A stretch of 55,559 bases of DNA, taken from Candidatus Woesearchaeota archaeon. GTDB taxonomy: Archaea > Nanobdellota > Nanobdellia > Woesearchaeales > GCA-2686295. The DNA lies in the NCBI GenBank assembly GCA_016784125.1, contig JADHVI010000004.1, positions 1 through 55,559 of the forward strand, in the 5' to 3' direction. A program made the position numbers and the translations under genes. Shown here piece by piece: positions 8,933-17,990 of this stretch. Under the pieces are notes generated by a model. It was not told where the DNA came from. It worked only from the letters and a program-made list of their open reading frames with translations, and did not search any database. Numbering within the stretch: position 1 is the first letter of the stretch; the number at the start of each line of letters is the position of its first letter.

Positions 8933-9432
8933 TAATATTTATGCATGTTCAAATATGATCTGAGCTCATCGTAGATTTCGTTTGTAACTTCCATGAGTTC
9001 GTTCTTTGCAGTGTTCATATAACTCTTATATACATATTTATCTACGAGCATCCGGAATACATAGTAGAATGGTTTCATCTCCCATGTTCCTTCATAATCT
9101 GTAATGAAATAAGAAGTAAAGCTGATGTCGATTGGTCCACTCATCATCTTTTTCTTTATGCCTTTCTTTTCAATTTCGACTTCTTTTAAGTTTCGAGCAA
9201 CAATCTCAATTTTTATTTCTACTTTTACATAATCTGATAGTTTTTTGTATGGTCTTAAGTCCATTTCTAATTGTTTTCCATGTTCAAAGATTTGTTCAGC
9301 ATTCTTAAATTCATGTTTGTCAAAACCATGTTTTTTGAAGAATTGATCAATTACCGTGTATATTTCTTTTGGTTCAAATAAACCTTCATATGATAATTTT
9401 TTTCCGTCAATTAGTGTTAATGTTTCTGGCAA
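8929..9432 (-). CDS. Hypothetical protein (167 aa), distant paralogue of the next gene
   Basis: Shares an alignable architecture with 9445-9957 (Y-x-G, E-x-D, YVK-x-x-IK, G-x-I-x-I-[ST] and a C-terminal amphipathic helix ending L[NK]M). Confidence 0.6.
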   Translation of the reverse strand: MPETLTLIDGKKLSYEGLFEPKEIYTVIDQFFKKHGFDKHEFKNAEQIFEHGKQLEMDLRPYKKLSDYVKVEIKIEIVARNLKEVEIEKKGIKKKMMSGPIDISFTSYFITDYEGTWEMKPFYYVFRMLVDKYVYKSYMNTAKNELMEVTNEIYDELRSYLNMHKYY

Positions 9433-9444
9433 ATAATCACCTCA

Positions 9445-9957
9445 TCAATATGCATGTGTATCAGTTTCCATTTTTAAAAACTTTTTGATTTCGTGCTCTA
9501 GTTTCAAAGCTTCATATTCTTGAGCATCAATATTTATAGTTTCAATCTCTTTTTTCATAACCCAGAAATAGAATTTTCCAGCCATTTCCTTAAATTTAGA
9601 ACCAGTAAAATTATTTTGCCAATCGACTTCAACATCGGTTGTTATGGTAATTTGAATTCTGCCTCCTGTATAAAGTTTTTTTTCACCATGTAGCATTCCT
9701 TCTTTTTCTTTGAAATCCCAGTTGTGAAGAGCAGCTTTTATCCATAATTTTACATATGGAGTCTCTTTTTTTTGGCCTACAATATCAACTTCGACTTCTG
9801 TACCTGCAGGACTATCAATCTTATCTTTGTATTTGGGTTCTTGAGTTACGTAACGCCTACCTGATATCCAATTCCAGACAAGTGAGTATAAACCATCAAA
9901 GTCGTAATCTCCCTTATATTTTATATACGCGCGACCGACCGGTATCTTGTTTCCCAT
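9445..9957 (-). CDS. Hypothetical protein (170 aa), distant paralogue of 8929-9432
   Basis: See the previous entry; 12-nt spacing suggests co-transcription. Confidence 0.6.
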   Translation of the reverse strand: MGNKIPVGRAYIKYKGDYDFDGLYSLVWNWISGRRYVTQEPKYKDKIDSPAGTEVEVDIVGQKKETPYVKLWIKAALHNWDFKEKEGMLHGEKKLYTGGRIQITITTDVEVDWQNNFTGSKFKEMAGKFYFWVMKKEIETINIDAQEYEALKLEHEIKKFLKMETDTHAY

Positions 9958-10014
9958 AATAGTTTTTTCTAGAGAATAGAGTATATAAAATTTGTGATTC
10001 TATCTGAGAAGACT

Positions 10015-11910
10015 TTATCTTAATCTAATAACTTCTAAGTTCCTGGGTGCAATTGTTTCAATTCTGTTGGTTTTGTGAATTGTTCTTGCCATATCCAAAC
10101 AACTACTAGATTCGCCATGGTTGATAATAATTTTCTTAGGTCTTGGATTACACCTATTGACAAAGCTCAATAGTTCTCGTCTGTCAGAATGTCCTGTGAT
10201 TTCAAGTTTGTGAACCTCAAGTTTCAGTTGTACCATCTCACTCTTTGATCCATTTTTGAAGTTTATATCTTTTAATCCTTGTTGAACCATTCTTCCAAGG
10301 CTTCCTTCTCCTTGGTAACAAGTAAATATCAAAGAGTTCTTCTTGTTATCGCCAATTTGCTTCAAATATTCAACTGATGGTCCGCCCACAAGCATTCCTG
10401 ATGTTGCTAGAATAACACAAGGTCCAGTTTCTTCTATTAGTTGAGTTCTTTCTTTTGCACTTCCAACTTTCTTAATGTTGTCTTGGATGAATGGATTGTT
10501 ATCCTTATGGAATATTTGTTCCCTTACAGTATTATTCAAATATTCTGGGTATGCTGTGTGGATTGCTGTTATATCCCAAACCATTCCATCAATAAATATT
10601 GGTATAGTATCAATTGTACCTTCTCGAATCATTCTTTCAATTAATACAATTATTTCTTGAGCTCTTCCTGATCCAAGTACTGGTATTAAGACTTTTCCGC
10701 CTCTGGAAAGCGTGTCTGTAATCATCTTTCCGAAGATTTTATCTTGTTCTCTTGGATTTGGCATAACACCTTCTTTTCCACCATAAGTGCTTTCAAGCAT
10801 TAATGTTTCTAATCTTGGAAAATTTGTATGAGAAGGACTTAACAGATTGGTTTTTGCAAATTTTACATCTCCTGAATATAGAAAGTTATGCAAACCGTTT
10901 CCAACGTGTAAATGAATCATTGCACTTCCAAGAATGTGCCCTGCGTTATACAAGGTTAGTCTAACATCGGGTGTTACATCTGTGACTTCGCCGTAATCCA
11001 ATGTGATTGTGTGTTTCACTACTTCTTTGACATCTTCGCTTGTATACAAAGGTTCTTTTGCTTCTCCTCTTTGGATTTTAACCATGTCCAATTGTAAAAG
11101 CGCAGAAATGTCTCTCGTTGGCATTGTACTATAAACAGGTCCTCTATAACCATATTTAAATAGTAATGGAACTAAACCAGAATGATCAACGTGAGCATGT
11201 GAGATTATGATTGCATCTAATTCTTTAATGTTGAATTCAGGCGCTTCTAGATGTGGATATGCTTTTTTGTCAGATGCAACATCAATTCCGCAGTCTAAGA
11301 GAACTCTTGATTCAGGTGTTTGTAGTAGAATACATGATCTTCCAACTTGTCTTGCTCCACCAAGCATACTAATCCTGACCCATTCCTCTTTTCTACCTCT
11401 CAACCAGCCATTGTATATTCTTTCGCCTGTTTTGTGTAAAAACTTTTTTCTGTAATCAGAATTTTGATATAATACGGATCGTACGTTTTCTATTAATTGG
11501 CTTCTAATGGCAGGTTTTCTCTTAATCAAAGGGACCCAAAGGGTTTTTTCCTTGATTTGTTGTAAGATATCGCCTTGTTTGCCAATCGCACTACCTGGTT
11601 TTTCGACTTCAATGATAACTATTGATCTTTGTGGATCAAAAATTATCTTGTCGATACCGGCTTCTTCGCCAATTAGTGCTTTTAGTTTTTTCTCAGCTTT
11701 TTCCTGTTCCATACAAATGGTCGGGTCTGGTCTGAGTTCTATTCTTTTTTTAATCTTATTTACTATTTCCTTAATCATGCCGCTATTGCTCAAGAAGAAA
11801 TCTTTGTCCTTTGTATATAGAACTATATTTGCTCCTTCAAAACTAGCGTCACTAATTTTACCATCAGGTAAATCTTTTAATATTTCTTTTAAAATGTCAG
11901 TCATGTTCAA
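10015..11910 (-). CDS. fttA: Archaeal CPSF1 (KH domains + metallo-beta-lactamase + beta-CASP ribonuclease; transcription termination factor aCPSF1/FttA)
   Basis: 631 aa; N-terminal KH-like region, SHAHVDHSG metallo-beta-lactamase motif, C-terminal ITGHSDRREL and NHGE beta-CASP motifs. Confidence 0.9.
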   Translation of the reverse strand: MNMTDILKEILKDLPDGKISDASFEGANIVLYTKDKDFFLSNSGMIKEIVNKIKKRIELRPDPTICMEQEKAEKKLKALIGEEAGIDKIIFDPQRSIVIIEVEKPGSAIGKQGDILQQIKEKTLWVPLIKRKPAIRSQLIENVRSVLYQNSDYRKKFLHKTGERIYNGWLRGRKEEWVRISMLGGARQVGRSCILLQTPESRVLLDCGIDVASDKKAYPHLEAPEFNIKELDAIIISHAHVDHSGLVPLLFKYGYRGPVYSTMPTRDISALLQLDMVKIQRGEAKEPLYTSEDVKEVVKHTITLDYGEVTDVTPDVRLTLYNAGHILGSAMIHLHVGNGLHNFLYSGDVKFAKTNLLSPSHTNFPRLETLMLESTYGGKEGVMPNPREQDKIFGKMITDTLSRGGKVLIPVLGSGRAQEIIVLIERMIREGTIDTIPIFIDGMVWDITAIHTAYPEYLNNTVREQIFHKDNNPFIQDNIKKVGSAKERTQLIEETGPCVILATSGMLVGGPSVEYLKQIGDNKKNSLIFTCYQGEGSLGRMVQQGLKDINFKNGSKSEMVQLKLEVHKLEITGHSDRRELLSFVNRCNPRPKKIIINHGESSSCLDMARTIHKTNRIETIAPRNLEVIRLR

Positions 11911-12040
11911 AAACCTCCAGTTTTTGGATTAACAGAACTTGGTTCTGTGTTCTGAGAAACTTTGTTTCTCATAAAATCAAAAATATAAATTATTTTTGAC
12001 ATTATTATTAAACCTCATTAAAGTTTAGAATTTTACTTTT

Positions 12041-12670
12041 TTAATCGATTCTTGTGTTAATTATCTTCTGTAAAGCTTTTCTAACTCCTTTTTTATCAAT
12101 TACGAATATATCCACTCCTTCTCCAGAAGCAGAATCTCTTTGTATTGCAGCGTTTAAAGCTTTAACAACGAGATTAATTCCTTCTTCTTGATTTAATCCT
12201 TCTTTATACATAGATTCAAGCACACCATAAGCCATTACACTACCAGATCCGCTGGAAACAAAATCCTTTATATCAGATATTGATCCATCAGGGTAAATAT
12301 CCAACAAGTGTTTGTCAGAGTCGTAACCGCCTACAATAAAGTGGCTGATACCTGGAATCATTGACATTTTTCTAATATTGGCATATACCATTCCTGCTAG
12401 AAGATTAGCGCCTTCTTTCACACTAGGCTTTTTATTAGTTCTAATCTGCTTTAACTTTAACTCTGCTTTGATTAACTTAAGCATTAATTGTATATCAGAA
12501 ACGGTTCCTGCTGTTGTTATAGCCATGTATTCATTTATTGGTTGAACTTTGTCAACGTCTTTGCTGGCGATGAAATGCCCTGCTGTAGCTCTTTTATCTG
12601 CTCCAAGAACAATACAGTCCTTGCAAACAATACCTACTGTTGTAGTGCCAGTTTTCAAAACTTCATCCAT
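12041..12670 (-). CDS. psmB: Proteasome subunit beta
   Basis: Short propeptide MDEVLKTG followed by TTTVGIVCKDCIVLGADKRATAG (catalytic Thr1 context). Confidence 0.9.
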   Translation of the reverse strand: MDEVLKTGTTTVGIVCKDCIVLGADKRATAGHFIASKDVDKVQPINEYMAITTAGTVSDIQLMLKLIKAELKLKQIRTNKKPSVKEGANLLAGMVYANIRKMSMIPGISHFIVGGYDSDKHLLDIYPDGSISDIKDFVSSGSGSVMAYGVLESMYKEGLNQEEGINLVVKALNAAIQRDSASGEGVDIFVIDKKGVRKALQKIINTRID

Positions 12671-12752
12671 TATTTTTTCACCCGTTTAGAACTTATAAAG
12701 AATTAATTATCATTTGTTAATGGTGGATTATTTAAAAAGTTTACGATTTTTT

Positions 12753-13298
12753 TTACTGTACGACTGCAAAAATGGATCCGTATGAAACATGTGTTTCTGC
12801 ACTATTAACTCCTGAAAAGTTCAGAAAATATAATATTTCTTCCTTTGAGCCTGGTACAACATTCTTAAAGCAATTATTGAATGATACCTTGCACACCCTT
12901 GTTGGTGTCCACTCACCTGGACGCATCCTAATAAAATCATGGTTCATTCCTGTCGTAGCATAAAAATCTGTTTCATTATACCTGCAATAAATATTTTTTA
13001 TCTGACAAGTTATCTCTGATTCATTCTTTTCAAATAATCGTGCGTTTTGAATCCAGACATCATCATTCATATTATTCTGTAAATAAATATTGATTGTGAA
13101 TGAATTTCCACCTGCAATCGCAAGTAAATTAAAATCGCTGCAAACAAAATTTGCATCTGTTCTACAGTACGCACTTGAGTAACGTTCCATGTTGAACATG
13201 TCGAAATACATCATAACCCCTATAAACAACAAGAAAAGCATGAATGCCCACATATAGTTCGTTAGGTATTCCAGACTTGATTGTCCCTTCTTCATCAT
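12753..13298 (-). CDS. Type IV pilin-like protein with class III signal peptide (Gln+1 type), Cys-containing globular domain
   Basis: MMKKGQSSLEYLTNYMWAFMLFLLFIGVMMYF: K-G/Q-x-S-x-E-[FY]-L followed by a hydrophobic helix. Paralogue of 13295-13846 with conserved Cys spacing. Confidence 0.8.
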   Translation of the reverse strand: MMKKGQSSLEYLTNYMWAFMLFLLFIGVMMYFDMFNMERYSSAYCRTDANFVCSDFNLLAIAGGNSFTINIYLQNNMNDDVWIQNARLFEKNESEITCQIKNIYCRYNETDFYATTGMNHDFIRMRPGEWTPTRVCKVSFNNCFKNVVPGSKEEILYFLNFSGVNSAETHVSYGSIFAVVQ

Positions 13299-13846
13299 TG
13301 CACCGCCGAGAAAACCCTTCCAATGATTGTGTGAGTGTTAGAGCCGCCAAATCTTTGAAACTCTAAACTAACTTTAAGTGTTTCTTTTGAACCAGAATTC
13401 AAATCTAATTCACATCCTGTTGCTTGAAACCTGCATAGCCTACCAGGAGTCCATTTCCCACCATCTCCAACTACGGGTGTGAAAATACCTGTAAGGTCAG
13501 CACTCCAATTTGCGACTGGATTCAAATTTGGACAGTATAAAAAGTATTCTTCGCAAGTAGCTGATGCAAATTGATCATCATACATAGTTGCACTAACTGG
13601 TACAATAGATTTTTCCAAATTGTTTCTAAGATATAAATTCATCTCGAACGTAAGTGGAGTTGACTTGATGACATTATGCTCAGTGCAAAGAATATTTTGT
13701 CCGAATTCACATTCCTGTTGTAAGTATTTATCAACATTAAATACATCAAAGTAAATCAAGGCTCCTGCTGTGACTGCTATAACCATTAGTATCCATGCAT
13801 ATGTAGATAAGAATTCAAAGCTAGCCTGTCCTTTCCTTGTTCGCAT
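13295..13846 (-). CDS. Type IV pilin-like protein with class III signal peptide (Gln+1 type), Cys-containing globular domain
   Basis: MRTRKGQASFEFLSTYAWILMVIAVTAGALIYF; ATGA start/stop overlap with the downstream paralogue; SD AGAGGTG. Confidence 0.8.
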   Translation of the reverse strand: MRTRKGQASFEFLSTYAWILMVIAVTAGALIYFDVFNVDKYLQQECEFGQNILCTEHNVIKSTPLTFEMNLYLRNNLEKSIVPVSATMYDDQFASATCEEYFLYCPNLNPVANWSADLTGIFTPVVGDGGKWTPGRLCRFQATGCELDLNSGSKETLKVSLEFQRFGGSNTHTIIGRVFSAVQ

Positions 13847-14000
13847 ACAACACCTCTTTACGTTAAAATAATAGTTGTCGACTTATTTAAATTTTGTGCT
13901 TAAAAAGATTTAATCTTTTTTAATTCAAAATTATGTTTTAATTTTGTACATAAAGAAAATCAAAAACTATTAAGTGGTTTTTAGTCATTTATTTTAGTCT

Positions 14001-14040
14001 AAAATAAAAGAAAAAGGAATAAAAAAATAAAAAAAATTAG
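14001..14040 (-). terminator. Oligo-T terminator region after the putative major pilin gene
   Basis: The minus strand just after the stop at 14043 reads several T runs (TTTTTTTTATTTTTTTATTCCTTTTTCTTTTATTTT); archaeal termination occurs at oligo-T. Confidence 0.5.
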
Positions 14041-14042
14041 GT

Positions 14043-14537
14043 TTATCCTTGTACTGTTGCTGTGATTGATCCGTCAATTCTTTGTTGCAAGCCAGTTGCA
14101 CCTTTAGTATACAAGATGTCTATGTCTAATCTGACTTTATCACCAATAGTTAAAGGAGTAACAAATCCAGCTATACTAACACCAATATTTTCTGTTGCTG
14201 TTGCAGCTAAAACTCCATCTGCACCACCATCAGTTAAAGCAACACCTAAAATATTTACTGTGTTAACTGCAGCGTCTCTAGGATCAGTTATGTTTATAGA
14301 TACAAAATTTATTGGATCTGTTTGGCTGTTCACTAGTCTTAGAGTGACTACATTGTTAACGATGTTTGCTTCTTCACATCTATAGTGTGCTCCTCCTAAA
14401 CTACAGCTGTCACTGACAAAGTTTTCTGGGTTTAAAACTCCAAAGTAAGCCAGGGCTCCTATCATAACTAGAATAACTAAGAATGCCCAACCATAGGTTG
14501 TCAGAAATTCTAATGCTGCTTGTCCTTTCTTATACAT
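14043..14537 (-). CDS. Type IV pilin (candidate major pilin) with class III signal peptide (Gln+1 type)
   Basis: MYKKGQAALEFLTTYGWAFLVILVMIGALAYF; Gly/Ala/Thr/Val-rich beta-type domain; has its own promoter, SD and terminator. Confidence 0.8.
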   Translation of the reverse strand: MYKKGQAALEFLTTYGWAFLVILVMIGALAYFGVLNPENFVSDSCSLGGAHYRCEEANIVNNVVTLRLVNSQTDPINFVSINITDPRDAAVNTVNILGVALTDGGADGVLAATATENIGVSIAGFVTPLTIGDKVRLDIDILYTKGATGLQQRIDGSITATVQG

Positions 14538-14604
14538 GTTACAACACCTCTTTTTTACGTTTTTTTAAAGCTTATGAAAGCTATATACATTTATAATCAT
14601 GATT

Positions 14605-14624
14605 CATATATATAAAAGTTTCGG
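14605..14624 (-). promoter_or_regulatory. BRE/TATA promoter of the major pilin gene
   Basis: Minus strand CCGAAACTTTTATATATATG, followed by a leader with SD AGAGGTG before ATG 14537. Confidence 0.45.
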
Positions 14625-14645
14625 TTATCCTCGAGTAATCAAAAT

Positions 14646-15662
14646 CTATAATTGACCAAATAAGCTTCCTAGTACAGCCGATGCAATGAAGAACAATGTA
14701 AGAGTTGCGATAATGAACAATGGTATGAATTTCAAACCTCCTTTGACATTGCCTCTGCTGATGATGGAAACTATCATAGCTGAAAAAGTTGAAATAATAA
14801 TCATCGCTGTTATAGAGAAAGTTCTAAAATCAGATGGCTTAATACTGGCTTCGCCGATTTTAATTGGTAATGCAGTGCTACCCGCGGATCCGCCAAGTTG
14901 TTGTGTAACTCCAATTATGATTTCTAATAATTGTTGTGACAATGCAAACAATGCAGGGGTAATAAAAACAACTATTGCAACCATAAATATAGTGTATGTG
15001 ACTGTGGCAGCTTCCATTTCTTGCTTTAAAATGGTGGATTTCTTCAAATTAGAGATGACTCTGTCAATAACTTCAACGATTCTACCTCCACTTTCAAGCT
15101 CTCCAATGATTAAGTTTAAGCTTCTACGCAAAATAGGAGAATTGTACTTGTTTGAGAGCTCTTCAAGAGATTCCTTCACATCATTACCAGTTAAGACTTT
15201 CTTAGAAACAAGTGTAACTTCTTTAGCCAGTATTCCAAATTCTGGCTTAATAGCAGCCCACAAAGATTTTTCAAAAGACAATCCTCCTTTCAAGTTTGTA
15301 GAAACCAATGTTAAATAGTCTGGCAATGCACCTTCAATAATCTTTGTTCTATTATAGATTTGAACAGTCAAATATACATATACGCCCATAATGATTAAAA
15401 ATGAAAGAATGGTTTGTATTATGAACCATGCTAAGAATGTGACAACTAATATAATCATACTATTCATATCAGATATTGCTTTGAAAATAACGGAGAAGTA
15501 TATCAAATAAGTTAGAACAAGTGTAACCCAAAACAATAAACCAAAGTATTTGTATGGTACTTGATCTATACCTGCTTTGAATAAAAAGTTCTTTAATTCT
15601 GAACGAAACTTTTTAGGTACAAATGCTTGTCCAAATTTTTCCAAGTATAGTGTGTCGGCCAT
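14646..15662 (-). CDS. Pilus platform membrane protein, single T2SS-F domain (TadC/FlaJ-like)
   Basis: 338 aa polytopic protein. Cytoplasmic helical domain LKGGLSFEKSLWAAIKPEFGILAKEV...LEELSNKYNSPILRRSLNLI is flanked by TM segments. Confidence 0.75.
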   Translation of the reverse strand: MADTLYLEKFGQAFVPKKFRSELKNFLFKAGIDQVPYKYFGLLFWVTLVLTYLIYFSVIFKAISDMNSMIILVVTFLAWFIIQTILSFLIIMGVYVYLTVQIYNRTKIIEGALPDYLTLVSTNLKGGLSFEKSLWAAIKPEFGILAKEVTLVSKKVLTGNDVKESLEELSNKYNSPILRRSLNLIIGELESGGRIVEVIDRVISNLKKSTILKQEMEAATVTYTIFMVAIVVFITPALFALSQQLLEIIIGVTQQLGGSAGSTALPIKIGEASIKPSDFRTFSITAMIIISTFSAMIVSIISRGNVKGGLKFIPLFIIATLTLFFIASAVLGSLFGQL

Positions 15663-15664
15663 GT

Positions 15665-16507
15665 TTATATGTTAACATTTGGTCTAATGGATTTGAAAAC
15701 TGTCATGAAGATAAACTCTATAATTAACAAAAAGACTGCAAGAGCAGCGAAAAGCGTAAAGTCAACTGCCATGCTCATCATACTAGCTACAACAACGAAC
15801 ATTGTCAGACCAAGTGATGGCATAACAATTGCTCCAAGCATATAGAACATGGTAACACTACTTAGCTTCTTTCCGTATCTCTGGATTTCGACCAATTGCT
15901 CTTCAGCCACTTGTTCAAGTGCTGCTCCTAATGATTCGCTTACATCAGTACCAATCTTTAAAGCAGTGGTGATTTGAAACAATATTTTTTTCATCCTATT
16001 GGAAGGAGAATAATTAATAGCCTTTTCAAGCGCTTCTTCTAAAGGTGTTCCGGTATCTATTTCATGGATGATGGATTGGAAGTACTTATTGGCGACTCCA
16101 TAACTCTTGGAGGCATCTACCAATGCGTTAATTAATGGTCTTCCAGAATTTAACTTAACAAGTAAGAACCTACCAGCAAATAAAACTTCTCGGTCAATAT
16201 CTTTTTGTCTTCTAGTTACTTTTGCATCAACAGTTTTCATCATTGAATAAAACACTAGTAAGAAAAACACGACGAATGTAACAAGAATCCACCAATATGG
16301 TTCGTGCGTCTTATCAACCAAGAAGAAAGTCAGAATAGCCATTGCAAAACCTGCAATCAATCCAAGTTTCAATTTTTGGTAAACATATTCTTCAGGTGTT
16401 TGTCTAATCTGTGCAATCCAAAGCTTTTTCTTCAGATTAGGAGTCATATGTGCAACTGCTTGAGAAACTGCCACTAATGAAAATTTACCAAACTTTTTAT
16501 CAACCAT
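15665..16507 (-). CDS. Pilus platform membrane protein, single T2SS-F domain (TadB/FlaJ-like)
   Basis: 280 aa; TPLEEALEKAINYSPSNRMKKILFQITTALKIGTDVSESL then three C-terminal TM segments; 2-nt gap to the next gene. Confidence 0.75.
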   Translation of the reverse strand: MVDKKFGKFSLVAVSQAVAHMTPNLKKKLWIAQIRQTPEEYVYQKLKLGLIAGFAMAILTFFLVDKTHEPYWWILVTFVVFFLLVFYSMMKTVDAKVTRRQKDIDREVLFAGRFLLVKLNSGRPLINALVDASKSYGVANKYFQSIIHEIDTGTPLEEALEKAINYSPSNRMKKILFQITTALKIGTDVSESLGAALEQVAEEQLVEIQRYGKKLSSVTMFYMLGAIVMPSLGLTMFVVVASMMSMAVDFTLFAALAVFLLIIEFIFMTVFKSIRPNVNI

Positions 16508-16508
16508 T

Positions 16509-17990
16509 TTAATCCAGTTTTAGTCTTCCAAGATAATATTTAGCCATCACATCTCCAACTTCGTCAACTTCTTCAATGTTCTTTTTAATCATCCATCTGA
16601 GAATTTGCATTTTTTGTTTTAAATCAAACTCAATTTCATCTCTATTCATGCCTGTATACAATTCGAGAGTATCCAATGTTTGCTTTGAATCATTTATTCG
16701 TTCAAGAACATCTTTCTTTGCATTCATCTGCATAATTACATTTGCATCTCCACTAGTAGTAATCTCAGCGATTTGAAGTGTTCGTCTCTTACCTGTTCGT
16801 CTATTTCTATTCTGAACCAATATTAAACCAAGAGCAGTCAACATTTGCTTAGGAATACCAATAGGTGGATTAGACATTCTCATAACGACTTCTTCTGCAT
16901 TGTTTGCGTGAAAAGTTCCATATACCGAATGACCTGTGATTGCAGCTTCCAACAAAACCTCTGCTTCCTTCTGTCGTCTAATCTCTCCAACTATTATTCT
17001 GTCAGGTCTCATTCTCAAGCTATTAATAACTAAGTCAAGCATTGAAACTCCGCCTTTACCTTCAGGGTTTGGCAGCCTTGTTTCCATTGGAACCCAATGT
17101 AGATTGCTTGCTAAAGTAAGTTCTCTTGTATCTTCAATTGAAATAATTCTTTGATTAGGAGGGAAGAAATTACTAACAGCGTTCAAAGTAGATGTTTTTC
17201 CTGAGCCTGTTCCTCCGGCAACCAAGATTGACAATTCGTTCTGAATACCCACCCATAAAAACGCTGCTGCCTCAAGTGAAATAGTTCCTGCTTTTATGAA
17301 CTTAGTTATTGTCCATGGATCTGCTGCGAACTTTCTGATTGTAATTGTGTTTCCTTTTGTAGAAATAGGCATAAGAGTTGCGTTTACCCTGTCCCCAGTT
17401 GATAAATGTGCATCCATTAAGGGATTTAAAGTTGTGATTTCCTTACCGACATCTCTTCCAATCATAGTTGCATAATGTCTTATCCTTGCTTCTGTTGGAA
17501 TTTTGACATTTGTTGAACACCATCCGTGCTTTCTATGATAAACCCAAACTGGTTCAACATGATTGTTGATAACTAGCTCTTCAAGGTTTGAGTCTCGCAA
17601 TAAAATTTCAATCTTTCCCAAGCCCAAATTCTCTTCAATCAAATAATTGATAAGCATGTTCATGGTTTTATCATCAGTTTTTGGGAAATATTTACTGATG
17701 AGTTTTCTAATTTCGTTTTGAAATCTGGTTCTTATATCGGTTGAACTTTTATCATCAAATTTTTGCATTTCTTCAACGTCAATCCTAGAAACGAACTCTT
17801 GTCGAATCTTCTCCAAAATTAACCTGGTTGTCTCACTTATATTTGTGATTGAAGCAATGTACTGAGGTACAGGTTTATCTTCCTGTGCAACAATTCTTAT
17901 TTCAACTATTATATCATTTATATTAATAGAATATCTGTCTATTTCATCTTCTTTTATTTCTCGTTTTGGTGGGATTGGTGCTTCAGTCAT
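16509..17990 (-). CDS. Type IV filament assembly ATPase (FlaI/TadA/VirB11-GspE superfamily)
   Basis: Walker A VAGGTGSGKTSTLNA, Asp box IISIEDTRE, Walker B RIIVGEIR, His box ITGHSVYGTFHANN. Confidence 0.9.
   Translation of the reverse strand: MTEAPIPPKREIKEDEIDRYSININDIIVEIRIVAQEDKPVPQYIASITNISETTRLILEKIRQEFVSRIDVEEMQKFDDKSSTDIRTRFQNEIRKLISKYFPKTDDKTMNMLINYLIEENLGLGKIEILLRDSNLEELVINNHVEPVWVYHRKHGWCSTNVKIPTEARIRHYATMIGRDVGKEITTLNPLMDAHLSTGDRVNATLMPISTKGNTITIRKFAADPWTITKFIKAGTISLEAAAFLWVGIQNELSILVAGGTGSGKTSTLNAVSNFFPPNQRIISIEDTRELTLASNLHWVPMETRLPNPEGKGGVSMLDLVINSLRMRPDRIIVGEIRRQKEAEVLLEAAITGHSVYGTFHANNAEEVVMRMSNPPIGIPKQMLTALGLILVQNRNRRTGKRRTLQIAEITTSGDANVIMQMNAKKDVLERINDSKQTLDTLELYTGMNRDEIEFDLKQKMQILRWMIKKNIEEVDEVGDVMAKYYLGRLKLD

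Noticed and set aside
11507-11932. 141-aa plus-strand ORF antisense to aCPSF1. Similar long antisense ORFs lie at 47335-47790 (thrS), 42150-42503 and 42508-42771 (Zn-ribbon and signal peptidase genes), 49918-50265 (AbrB antitoxin), 4010-4395 (coiled-coil gene), 4863-5162 and 5376-5615 (P0), and 22178-22691 (Cys-rich gene)
   Set aside because: All lie opposite genes with strong family signatures. They are Ser/Phe/Leu-rich as expected of antisense frames of K/E-rich or AT-rich genes, and none has a start-site context.
14686-15318. 210-aa plus-strand ORF antisense to the TadC-like platform gene
   Set aside because: It is a mirror-image hydrophobic, low-complexity frame of a well-supported membrane protein gene. 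It has no promoter or SD, and the minus-strand gene carries recognisable T2SS-F motifs.
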